From: Acidobacteriota bacterium
GTDB taxonomy: Bacteria > Acidobacteriota > Aminicenantia > UBA2199
Direction: 5' to 3'
Length of the DNA: 64,000 nt
Assembly: GCA_025456205.1 (NCBI GenBank)
Contig: JALOLA010000005.1
Location: 5,971-69,970 of the forward strand
The notes beneath the pieces are model-generated. The model did no database searches. It saw only the letters and a program-made list of their open reading frames with translations, and was not told the origin of the DNA. The stretch's first letter is position 1, and each line of letters opens with the position of its first letter. Below are positions 18,763-30,083 of the stretch, in pieces. A program made the position numbers and the translations under genes.

Positions 18763-21234
18763 ATGAAAAAAACTCGATGCGGTTTGGTGCCGCTGGCGCT
18801 GATCTCAGGGATTTTAATTGTCGTCCTTTTTCTGTTTGCCGGCCAGGGACGGTTGTCCGCCGATGAGGGTTACACCTGCAAGATCATCGAGTACCGCGAT
18901 CCGGCGAATCCCGATAAGGCCGGCTGGCTGGTGAGGGAGGAGCAGGGGCTCAGGCTGATCGTTCACGTTGGAAACAACGATGCTTTCGATTCGATCTATA
19001 TCCGGGTATACGGACAAGCGAAATGGCAGTCGCTGGGGTTTTCGCGCTTTTTAAGGCTGGGAAGGCACTGGCAGGAAGCTGTAGGGGAGGCGGCCAAGGC
19101 CTGCGACGAGTGGAAGAAGAAGGCCATAACCTCTCAGCAACGGATCGTGCCGCCGGTCCGTGAAGAACGGCAGCCGCCCAGGCTGGCCGAGATGGTCGTC
19201 GAGCAGCGTCACCTCGTCCGCGAGAAGGCGCAGTTCCGCGTCTCGGCCCGCGCCGAGTACCAGGACATCGGCGCATTTCGGCCCGGCGATATCGCGTTTA
19301 CCGTAATGGCTCGCTCCGGCCAGAACCGAAACGACTTGATCTGGACGCTCCGCCCCGGCGAGAGAGGTCTGCGCCAGCAGGGGGACCAGCTGTTGCTCGA
19401 CTTCCAGGGCGACATCGTCCAGCCGGGGACCTACGCCGTCTCGGTTGTGCTGCGGGATTCCCGCTTCCGCAGCGGCGCTCATGGTTCCCTCGATTACGAG
19501 GACCGGCTGCGCCTGACCATGCAGGTGCAGCGGCCGGTGGCCGAGATCAAGGAAACCTCAGGCAACGTCGCGGTCATGCGCATCGAGCCGGCGACCGCGA
19601 CGGGCGGCGTGCGCGTCAAGTCCGGCGGCAAGGCGCACCCGCGCAAGAATCCCGACCTCCTGAAGGATCTCTCGGTCATTTTTGGGCAATGGCAGCCCGA
19701 TCCCTATGCCGGCGAGTCCCTCCGCTGGGAAAAGGCGTCGAGTCGCTTCGTCTACGAGGGAGACAAGATCTCGTTGTGGGGGGAGCGCGACCGGGCACGG
19801 ATTCGGGAGTTCTGGCGTTCGGGCGAGATGAATCGATGTAGCACCGATGAGTTCATCAAGGTCATGTCTTCCGGAACAAGCCGCGTCGTGCTGGAATGGC
19901 AGAGCGGTTTGAAGGGGGAGGCGATCTGGGACCCCCGGCCGGGCACGGTCAATATGTCGGGAGAATTCATTGTTGGCGCCTCGCGCGCCACCTCGGGGAA
20001 ATGGCGGGAGAAATGGAGAGACTTCTTCGGCCAAGCCTGCCAGATGCTTTTCGAGCAGGGGATAGACGAGGCCAAGGAGCAGGCGCTCGAATGGCTGCTG
20101 AGCTTTAAAATACCCAGCGGCGGCCCCGTCGTGTCCCTGTTCAACCTGGGAGCGGGAGACACGATCTATGACGACCTGATCTATGTCCGCTTGAACTCCA
20201 GGGTCTATATCCGCGGCGGCCGGGGCCAGGTCGAGATCTTCACCCTGGAGGGCGCCCCAGAGCTGATCGAACCGCGCACGAACCGCCGCATTATCGTCCG
20301 GCCCGGACAGATGGCGACGGCAAAACGGGGGTCGGTCTCGATTCCGCAAATTTTTCAGTCTCGTGATTTGATTCCGCCGCATTGGCTGCGCGAACCCGAG
20401 GCGAAGCGGCGGGTCGATCCGAAGCGGCAAATCCCGGTCATCGGGGGGCTGCAGGCGGTGCCGGCGGGCATTCGCTTTTTCGAGAGCGCCAAAGGTGAGA
20501 CGCTGTTTGCAAAAAGGCAATACCGCACACGATTCTCCGCGGACGAGGCCCGCTACATCAACTGGGAACTGCGTCTCCAGCACCCTGCTCCCCGACGCCG
20601 GGTGGATTTCCAGATATCCGCCCTCCTGGTCGACGCGCAGGGGAAGGAATTGGCCAGACCGTCCTGGAAAAGCCACCTGGAGAAGGATTGGACCGACACC
20701 AATCATCCATATGGCTGGGGAGCGGACAAACCGGGTTTCTGGAAACCGGGGACCTACACGCTCGCGCTGTCAATCAACGGGCAGGAAGTCGCCAGGGATT
20801 CCTTCGAGGTCATGGGCAAGAAGGGCGGCAAGATCCAGTGCATACCCTACCTGAATGCCGATATCGTGAGATTCGCCTTATTTGCCGGCGAAAGGAACCC
20901 GCCTGTCATCGCAGAACGCAGGTTCCGGGATGAGTTCTCCGCCCAGGACACGCGCTACATCAATTGGCAACTGCAGCTGGTCCACCCAGCGCTCAAGGCC
21001 CCCAGGACGCTGACTGTCGAGACCGTGTGGTGCCGGAGCGACGGGCGGGAAATCGCCCGGCATAAAAACCAGTTTGCGATGCCGGCGGGCGCCAAGGAAA
21101 CATATTATGATTCGGGCTGGGGGAACGACCAGGGCAATTTCTGGCAGCCCGGCTCGTACTTCGTTTCCCTGTACCTTGACGATGTCAAGATCGCCTCAAC
21201 ATCTTTCGCGGTTACGGCGAGCGGAAATCGCTGA
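18763..21234 (+). CDS. Large membrane-anchored/secreted hypothetical protein, 823 aa, with two C-terminal 99-aa repeats
   Basis: ATG 18763 after GGGGAGGA. N-terminal anchor MKKTRCGLVPLALISGILIVVLFLFAG. Internal repeats at 20515..20811 and 20917..21213 share R-x-[YF]-R-x-x-FSA-x-x-x-RYINW-x-L-x-L-x-HPA...GWG...FW-x-PG-[ST]-Y...SF-x-V. Confidence 0.6.
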   Translation: MKKTRCGLVPLALISGILIVVLFLFAGQGRLSADEGYTCKIIEYRDPANPDKAGWLVREEQGLRLIVHVGNNDAFDSIYIRVYGQAKWQSLGFSRFLRLGRHWQEAVGEAAKACDEWKKKAITSQQRIVPPVREERQPPRLAEMVVEQRHLVREKAQFRVSARAEYQDIGAFRPGDIAFTVMARSGQNRNDLIWTLRPGERGLRQQGDQLLLDFQGDIVQPGTYAVSVVLRDSRFRSGAHGSLDYEDRLRLTMQVQRPVAEIKETSGNVAVMRIEPATATGGVRVKSGGKAHPRKNPDLLKDLSVIFGQWQPDPYAGESLRWEKASSRFVYEGDKISLWGERDRARIREFWRSGEMNRCSTDEFIKVMSSGTSRVVLEWQSGLKGEAIWDPRPGTVNMSGEFIVGASRATSGKWREKWRDFFGQACQMLFEQGIDEAKEQALEWLLSFKIPSGGPVVSLFNLGAGDTIYDDLIYVRLNSRVYIRGGRGQVEIFTLEGAPELIEPRTNRRIIVRPGQMATAKRGSVSIPQIFQSRDLIPPHWLREPEAKRRVDPKRQIPVIGGLQAVPAGIRFFESAKGETLFAKRQYRTRFSADEARYINWELRLQHPAPRRRVDFQISALLVDAQGKELARPSWKSHLEKDWTDTNHPYGWGADKPGFWKPGTYTLALSINGQEVARDSFEVMGKKGGKIQCIPYLNADIVRFALFAGERNPPVIAERRFRDEFSAQDTRYINWQLQLVHPALKAPRTLTVETVWCRSDGREIARHKNQFAMPAGAKETYYDSGWGNDQGNFWQPGSYFVSLYLDDVKIASTSFAVTASGNR

Positions 21235-21274
21235 GCTGGGGAGACGGCCGCCCCTCCATCCCCTGTTGGTGGAG

Positions 21275-22717
21275 TCAGCCCAGGTTCTGAAGGAACTCGA
21301 CCAATAAGCGCACGCCGAAGCCGGTGGCGCCCTCGCTGTTCAGGCAGAAATTCGGCTTGCTCAGGAAGGCGGTGCCGGCGATATCGATATGGGCGAAGGG
21401 GACCCTGCCCGTGAACTCGCTCAGGAACAGCCCGGCCTTGATCGACGAGGCGCCATTGTAGTTGGCGTTCTTCAGATCGGCCACTTTGGAAGCGATGCTC
21501 TCCCGGTACTCGCCGGGCAGGGGCATCTCCCAGAGCAGCTCGCCGCTGGACTCCGCCGCCTGCAGCAGGCCGGCGCTCAGCCTGCGGTTGCGACAGAAGA
21601 GCCCGGCATAGGAGTCGCCCAGGGCGGTGACGATGGCGCCGGTGAGGGTGGAGAGCTCGATGATCATGTCGGGCTTCAAGCGGGCGGCGACGATCAGGGC
21701 GTCGGCCAGGATCAGCCGGCCCTCGGCGTCGGTGTTGACAACTTCCACCGTCTTCTTGTTGGCGTAGGTGATGATGTCGCCGGGCTTGTAGGCGCGGCGC
21801 CCGGGCAGGTTCTCGGTGAGCGGCGCCAGGCCGATGACCTTCAGCGGCAGGCGCAGGCGGGCGACGGCGCTCAGCGCCCCCAGGACGGCTGCCGCTCCGG
21901 CCATGTCGCACTTCATCTCCTCCATGCTGTTGCCGGGCTTCAGGTTCAGGCCGCCGGCGTCGAAGGTGATGCCCTTGCCGACCAGGACCACGGTGCGCGA
22001 GAAGTCACGGGGCTCATGGGTCAGGGTGAGCAGGGCCGGCTCGCAGCACGAGGATGCGCCCACGGCCAGCAGGCCGCTCATGCCGTTGGCTTCCAGCTCC
22101 GGGCGGCGCCAGGCCTCGAGCTTCAGGCCATGCCGGCCGGCGGCGGCGGCGAAGGCCTGCACCATGGCGTCGGGGTTGGCCCTGGCCGGGATCTCGTTGA
22201 CCAGGTCGCGCGCCAGCCGCGCTTCCTCCAGAACGATCGCCCGTTCCGGCCATTCGGCGCCGCTCCAGGAGACGCGCTTCTTGAAGGCCAGCTCGATGCG
22301 CTCGACGGGCTTGCTCTTTTTCTTGCGGTAGCGGTCGAAGCGGTAGTTGTTCAGGTGCAGGTAATCGACGAGGTTGCGCAGGTACTCGGGAGGATAGGGC
22401 AGCGGGGCGGCGAAGTAGAGCAGCGCCCGGGTGGCGAGGTGCTCGCGCAGCAGCGTCATGGTCCGGCAGGCCAGCCGGCGGGCATCGGCCAGGCGGCCCG
22501 GCTTCCCGGCCCCGACCAGCAGAAAAAGCCGCCGCTGCTCCAGGGAATGGCAGGCGAGGGCCTCGCCGATCTCGCCCTTGATCCTCTTCTGCCGGGCGGG
22601 ATATTCCAGCTCGGGGAATTCTTGCCACAGCTCCGCCAGCGCCGCGCCCTTGAAAACGGGGATCACGACGCAGACGTGCGGCTGCGGCCGGTAGGAGCTT
22701 TTTTTGATGATCTTCAT
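21275..22717 (-). CDS. pepA: Leucyl aminopeptidase (M17)
   Basis: 480 aa with the M17 signature NTDAEGRLILADAL and metal-ligand regions (VGKGITFDAGG). Confidence 0.9.
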   Translation of the reverse strand: MKIIKKSSYRPQPHVCVVIPVFKGAALAELWQEFPELEYPARQKRIKGEIGEALACHSLEQRRLFLLVGAGKPGRLADARRLACRTMTLLREHLATRALLYFAAPLPYPPEYLRNLVDYLHLNNYRFDRYRKKKSKPVERIELAFKKRVSWSGAEWPERAIVLEEARLARDLVNEIPARANPDAMVQAFAAAAGRHGLKLEAWRRPELEANGMSGLLAVGASSCCEPALLTLTHEPRDFSRTVVLVGKGITFDAGGLNLKPGNSMEEMKCDMAGAAAVLGALSAVARLRLPLKVIGLAPLTENLPGRRAYKPGDIITYANKKTVEVVNTDAEGRLILADALIVAARLKPDMIIELSTLTGAIVTALGDSYAGLFCRNRRLSAGLLQAAESSGELLWEMPLPGEYRESIASKVADLKNANYNGASSIKAGLFLSEFTGRVPFAHIDIAGTAFLSKPNFCLNSEGATGFGVRLLVEFLQNLG

Positions 22718-22719
22718 TT

Positions 22720-23663
22720 TTATCTCCCCGGGGCGGCGCTGAAGTGGTCAAAGCCGAGTTTGGTGACCCTCAGGGGCCGGCCGTTCTCGCGCAGGCGCAG
22801 CCCGCGCCTGGCGCTGACCCTGCCGATCAGGTGGTAGGCCGTTCCCGTCCGGCGCAGGCGGGGCTCCTGTTGCGGCGGAACGGTGAACAGCAGCTGGTAG
22901 TCCTCGCCGCCGGCCAGGACCAGGTCGCGCTCGCTAAAGCGCCGCTGCCGGCAGAGGCGGCGGAAGCCGGGCGCCATGGGCAGCTTCTCATAGTCGATCT
23001 CGGCGCCGACGCCCGAGGCGCGCAGCAGGCGCGAGAGGTCGAGGAGCAGGCCGTCGGAGACGTCGATCATGGCGCTGGCGTGGGCGGAAAGGCGCAGGCC
23101 TTTCTCGCATTGCGGCCGGGGGTGCTGGTGGCGGAGGATGAAGGGCGAGCGCGTCTCGCCGGCCAGCAGCAGCTTCAGCCCCAGCGCCGACTCGCCCGTC
23201 GGCCCGGTGATGCCCACCCAGTCGCCGGCGCGGGCGCCGCTGCGCCGGACCGGTCGGGCGCTGGCACCGACGATGGTGATGGCGATGAGCATCTGCCGCG
23301 AGCGCGAATAGTCACCGCCGGCGAGCTCCACTTCCCAGCGGCGGGCGGCGCGCGAAAGGCCGGAGAAGAAACGGCGCAGGGCGCTCGCCCCCAGGCGGGG
23401 AGGAAAGCCCAGGCCCAGGTAGAAGTATTGCGCCCGGCCGCCCATGGCGGCGATGTCGGACACGTTGACCGCCAGCGCTTTTTCCGCCAGGGCCGCCAGC
23501 GGAACGTCGCTGAGGCGAAAATGGACGTCCTCGACCAGCAGGTCGGTGCTGATCAGCTGGAAGGACTTGCCGCAGCGCACCACCGAGGCATCGTCGCCGA
23601 TGCCCAGGCCGCGGCGGAAGGGAAATTTTTTCTCCAGGAAGTCGACGAAGCGCCGCTCGTCCA

Positions 23664-23664
<1 letters not shown>
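22720..23664 (-). CDS. thiL: Thiamine-monophosphate kinase
   Basis: 314 aa. N-terminus GIGDDASVV and AIR-synthase-like domains. The start overlaps the lon2 stop by 1 nt (TGATG). Confidence 0.8.
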
Positions 23665-26048
<2,384 letters not shown>

Positions 26049-26058
26049 GCTTTCCCTC

Positions 26059-26460
26059 TTACTTGATCTCGACGGCGATCTTGGACTCGTCGCGCTTGCG
26101 CACCTCGATGGTCAGGACGCCGTTCTCCATGATCGAGCGCACCGAGGTCGTATCCAGGGGAAAATCGATGACGATCTTCTTGAAGAAGGTGCCGAACTCC
26201 CTCTCGAAGAGGTAGTAGGTCACGGACGGCTGCTCCAGCCGCGGCTGCTTCTTGAGCCCCTTGACGATCAGTTCCTGGTTGTTGAGCAGGGTGATGGACA
26301 CATCGCTCTTGGCCACCCCCGGCAGCTCCATCTCGATGACCAGCGAATTGCGCGTCTCCACGATATTGGTGCTGGGCTTCCAGTCGATGTGCGTGCTGAT
26401 GCCCGACGGGTAGTTCTTGCTGATCTCGACCTCGAAAAATGGGAAGTTCTTCTTGGCCAT
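26059..26460 (-). CDS. Hsp20/alpha-crystallin small heat-shock protein
   Basis: 133 aa with alpha-crystallin-domain features (PSTNIVETRNSLVIEMELPGVAKSDVSITL...GVLTIEV). The ATG overlaps the nrdR TGA. The AGGAGGA SD lies inside the nrdR 3' end. Confidence 0.85.
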   Translation of the reverse strand: MAKKNFPFFEVEISKNYPSGISTHIDWKPSTNIVETRNSLVIEMELPGVAKSDVSITLLNNQELIVKGLKKQPRLEQPSVTYYLFEREFGTFFKKIVIDFPLDTTSVRSIMENGVLTIEVRKRDESKIAVEIK

Positions 26461-26915
26461 CATTCCTCCTTTTTCAAGAGACCCTGCAGCTCGGCGAGGA
26501 ACTCCTCCAGGCTCTTGAATTCCAGGTAGACCGAGGCGAAGCGCACATAGGCCACCTTGTCCATCTTCTTCAGCTTTTCCATGATCATGCTGCCGATCTT
26601 GAAGGTGGGCACCTCGCGGTCGGAGCGGGAAAAGAACTCCTCCACCTGCCGGGCCAGCTGCTCGATCTGCTTGGTCTGCACCGGCCGCTTTTCCAGGGCG
26701 CGGTACAGCCCCTTGCGGATCTTGTCCATGTCGAAGGGCTCGCGCCGTCCGTCCTTCTTCACCACCATCAGCGGGATGTCCTCGATCTTCTCGTAGGTGG
26801 TGAAGCGCTTGCCGCAGTGCAGGCATTCGCGGCGGCGGCGGATATAGAGGCCGTCCTTGCTCTCGCGGGTCTCGATCACCTTGTCGGCGATCTCAGCGCA
26901 TTGCGGGCAGTTCAT
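26460..26915 (-). CDS. nrdR: Transcriptional repressor NrdR
   Basis: MNCPQC...CLHCGKRFTTYE zinc ribbon followed by an ATP-cone. Confidence 0.9.
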   Translation of the reverse strand: MNCPQCAEIADKVIETRESKDGLYIRRRRECLHCGKRFTTYEKIEDIPLMVVKKDGRREPFDMDKIRKGLYRALEKRPVQTKQIEQLARQVEEFFSRSDREVPTFKIGSMIMEKLKKMDKVAYVRFASVYLEFKSLEEFLAELQGLLKKEE

Positions 26916-27951
26916 CTTTTCTCCCCAGGCGGCCGAGGGACCTGAAGCTCAGCCCCTCGTGCCATAAGGCCAGCAGTCCCAGGGCGATGGGCGCCAGCAG
27001 CAGCAGGAAGTGGAACAGGATGGTGAAGGCCACCGCCGTGCCCGCGGACACGGCGAACAGCCCGGTCAGGGCGTACTTGGACGCCAGGTCCAGGCTGCCG
27101 GCCATGCCCGGCGTGGGCACCGCCGCCGAGACGAAGACCACGGCCAGGTAGGGGACGACGTCGGCCGGGGACAGGGCAATGCCGCTGAATCCCCGCATCA
27201 GCACCCCGTAGGAGAAGGCGATGATGCCCCAGTGCAGCAGCGAGCAGCCGGCCACGGCCGCGATGCCCCTCCAGCCCAGGTCCAGGCGCAGCGCGCGCAC
27301 GAAGTGCAGGGTGAAGCCGACAACCGGCTCGCGCCAGCGACCGGGCAGGAGCCGGGACGCTCCCCGCGCCAGCTTCTCCGTCCAGGGGAAGACACGCGGG
27401 TGATTGGCCAGCACCACCAGGAAGAACACCAGGAAGACCAGCGGCAGCAGCAGGATGGCCGCCGCGCGCAGCTGGCGCAGGACCGGGGAGGGGCTGCCGG
27501 CCCCGGCAGCCAGGTAGAGGGCCAGCAGCGTGAGCACCGTCAGCAGGTCGAACAGCCTCTCGTTGACGATGGTGGCGATGGCCTGGCTCTTGCGCAGGCC
27601 TTCTTTCTCGGCCAGCAGCACCGGCCGGGCCACCTCGCCCAGGCGCCCCGGCAGCAGGTAGGAGATCATGAAGCCGATCAGGGAGAAGTTCCACAGGCTG
27701 CGGAAGGGGACGCGCTCCTTGAATGGGCGCAGCAGCAGCCCCCAGCGCAGCGCGCGCACGGCGTACTGCGGCAGCGCCAGCAGCAGGAACAGCAGCGGGT
27801 AGTGCAGGGGAATGGAGCGCCAGGCAACGGCGATCTCGGCAAGATCGATGCTCTGCAGGAAAAGCCAGACGAAGAACGCCGACAGGGCGCAGAAAAGCAA
27901 TATCTTCCAGGCTTTCATGTATGCCGGCATGGTAACCCGTTGCCCGGCCAT
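26893..27951 (-). CDS. Flippase-like / lysylphosphatidylglycerol-synthase-TM-region family membrane protein (UPF0104)
   Basis: About 8 TM helices and the GRLGEVARPVLLA motif typical of the family. Start is ambiguous (TTG 27957, ATG 27951 or ATG 27918). Confidence 0.7.
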   Translation of the reverse strand: MAGQRVTMPAYMKAWKILLFCALSAFFVWLFLQSIDLAEIAVAWRSIPLHYPLLFLLLALPQYAVRALRWGLLLRPFKERVPFRSLWNFSLIGFMISYLLPGRLGEVARPVLLAEKEGLRKSQAIATIVNERLFDLLTVLTLLALYLAAGAGSPSPVLRQLRAAAILLLPLVFLVFFLVVLANHPRVFPWTEKLARGASRLLPGRWREPVVGFTLHFVRALRLDLGWRGIAAVAGCSLLHWGIIAFSYGVLMRGFSGIALSPADVVPYLAVVFVSAAVPTPGMAGSLDLASKYALTGLFAVSAGTAVAFTILFHFLLLLAPIALGLLALWHEGLSFRSLGRLGRKDELPAMR

Positions 27952-27968
27952 TGTCAACCGACGCGGGC

Positions 27969-30083
27969 TCAGATGGCGTGCTCGGGGAGGAAGAGGATGA
28001 ACGATGTGCCGGAGCCTTTCTTGGCGTCGATCTCGATCCAGCCCGAGTTCTCCTCGATGATCTCCTTGACGGTGGTCAGGCCCTGGCCGGTCCCTTTTTC
28101 GCCCTTGGTGGTGAAGAAGGGCTCGAAGATCTTGCCGATGATCTTCTCGTCGATGCCGGTGCCGTTGTCGGTGACGCGGATGCGCACGAAGTTCTGCTGC
28201 GCCTTGGGGACGAAGATGCGGTCGCTGCTGATGCGGATCAGCCCCGGCTCGCGCTGCGCCGCCAGGATGGCGTCCCTGGCGTTGATCAGGATGTTGAAGA
28301 GAGCCAGCAGGAACTTCTCCTTGTTCATCAGCACGGCCAGGTCGCCGCCCGTGAGCTGATTCTCGACCTCGATGCGCCTGAGGACGGTCCGGCCCAGCAG
28401 GTTGAGCACCGTCTCGACCGCGTCGCGGACGTTCAGCACCTCTTTTTTCAGTTTTTCCTTGCGCGAGAAGTCCAGGATGTCCTTGCCCAGGTGGTGGGCG
28501 CGCAGGGCCACGTCCTCGATCAGCAGCGTGCGCTTGAAGTGGGGGTGGCCATCGCCGATCTCCTTCTTCAGCATGGTCAGGTGGCCCAGCAGGCTGGTCA
28601 TCAGGTTGTTGAACTCGTGGGTGAAGCGGCTGAGCAGCTCGCCGAGGGTGCCGAGCTTCTGGGCGTGGACCAGCTTCTCCTCGAGCTCGAACTTTTCGCT
28701 GATGTCCTCGATCTGCAGGACGGCGGCCGGGGTGGCGGGCAGGGGGATCTTGTACAGGGTGAGGCGCAGGGTCTTCTCGCCGCCCCGCTCGTGGACCAGC
28801 GAGTAGCTGTCGTGGAAGCAGGGAGTGCCGCTCAGCAGCACCTTGACGTAGTCCTCCTTCAGCGGCGCGAGCGCCGGCAGCGACTCGAACAGCGGCCTGT
28901 CCTTCAGCTCGGTGATCGGCCGCTCCAGCAGCTTCTCGGCCGCCGGGTTCATGGCGATCACCTCGGCGCTCTCGTTGCCGATGATGATGGCCGAGGGCGA
29001 ATGCTCGACGATCTTCTCGAAGAACTGCTGCAGCTCGCGGATCTCGTCGCGCTGGACCTTCAGCGAGTCGGACATCTTGTTGAAGACGTTGGCCAGCTCT
29101 CCGATCTCGTCCCGCGAGTCGAGGCTCATGTGCACGTCGAGGTTGCCGCCGGCGATGGCCTCGGCCCCGTGGGCCAGCTTGGTGATGGGCGACGTGAGGC
29201 GCCGGCCCAGCACGACGCTGGTCAGGATGACGATCAGGCCGATCAGCAGCGACAGGTAGAGCAGGCTGCTGATGCTGACCTGCTTGGCCGCCATGATGTT
29301 CTCGATGTCGACGCCGACGAAGATCTCGCCGACCTGCTGCTTGCCGAAGTCCTCCACGGCGAACGACTCAAGGAGGTAGCGGTCGCCCCCGCTCAGGAAG
29401 CGCACGGCCTGCCGCGAGCGCATGTGGGCCGCCAGGGGAAAGACCATCTCGCCGTTGCCGTCGGTCAGGGTGGAGGTGATGGGCTTGCCCTCGGCATAGA
29501 GCATGATCTCGGCCTTGCATTTCTCCTTGATCTGGTCGGCGAACTCCAGGTTGAAGGGGATCTCGAGCATGGTGAAGCCCTTGAGCCCGAAGGTCTCCTG
29601 GTCGATGATGGGGGAGATGGCGGCGAGGCACAGGTTGCCTTCGACGAGGAAGACGCCGGCCTCGCGGATCAGCGGGTCGCGCTTCGTGTTCAGGAAGGTC
29701 ACCTTTTCCTGGTTGGCGGCCGAGATGTAGCTGGCCGATGAGTTGTCGTGGGTCAGAACGATGCGGCCGGCCGGGTCCAGTATCTTGATGTTGGTATTGG
29801 AAAAGAAGAAGTTCTTGAATTCCAGGGCCATGGCCAGGTCGTCGAGGTTGTCGGTGTTCTCGATGATCTCCTTCAGCTCCGACAGGAACAGCGCCTTGCG
29901 CACCAGGTCGCCCAGGTTCTCCAGGAAAACGCTCTCGGCCACCTTCCTGGCCCCGGCGATCTCCTCCTGCGCCGTCTTTTCATAGCGCTTGGAGATGGAG
30001 AGGATGGAAAAATTGAGGGTGATGACGATGGAGAGGACGGCGATGAAGATCAGGGACAGGAGGAGCTTGGTCTGGATCTTCAT
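27969..30083 (-). CDS. Sensor histidine kinase (TM, large periplasmic domain, TM, HAMP, PAS, HisKA, HATPase_c); no receiver domain
   Basis: 704 aa. H-box FTHEFNNLMTSLLG, N-box ILINARDA, and G-boxes DNGTGI / GTGQGL. The start overlaps the upstream SBP stop (ATGA). Confidence 0.85.
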   Translation of the reverse strand: MKIQTKLLLSLIFIAVLSIVITLNFSILSISKRYEKTAQEEIAGARKVAESVFLENLGDLVRKALFLSELKEIIENTDNLDDLAMALEFKNFFFSNTNIKILDPAGRIVLTHDNSSASYISAANQEKVTFLNTKRDPLIREAGVFLVEGNLCLAAISPIIDQETFGLKGFTMLEIPFNLEFADQIKEKCKAEIMLYAEGKPITSTLTDGNGEMVFPLAAHMRSRQAVRFLSGGDRYLLESFAVEDFGKQQVGEIFVGVDIENIMAAKQVSISSLLYLSLLIGLIVILTSVVLGRRLTSPITKLAHGAEAIAGGNLDVHMSLDSRDEIGELANVFNKMSDSLKVQRDEIRELQQFFEKIVEHSPSAIIIGNESAEVIAMNPAAEKLLERPITELKDRPLFESLPALAPLKEDYVKVLLSGTPCFHDSYSLVHERGGEKTLRLTLYKIPLPATPAAVLQIEDISEKFELEEKLVHAQKLGTLGELLSRFTHEFNNLMTSLLGHLTMLKKEIGDGHPHFKRTLLIEDVALRAHHLGKDILDFSRKEKLKKEVLNVRDAVETVLNLLGRTVLRRIEVENQLTGGDLAVLMNKEKFLLALFNILINARDAILAAQREPGLIRISSDRIFVPKAQQNFVRIRVTDNGTGIDEKIIGKIFEPFFTTKGEKGTGQGLTTVKEIIEENSGWIEIDAKKGSGTSFILFLPEHAI

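Noticed and set aside
26461-26826. Extension of the hsp20 ORF (26059-26826) to 255 aa
   Set aside because: The extension is an alternative frame of nrdR with Arg/Gly/Pro-rich content. The alpha-crystallin homology starts at the ATG overlapping the nrdR stop.
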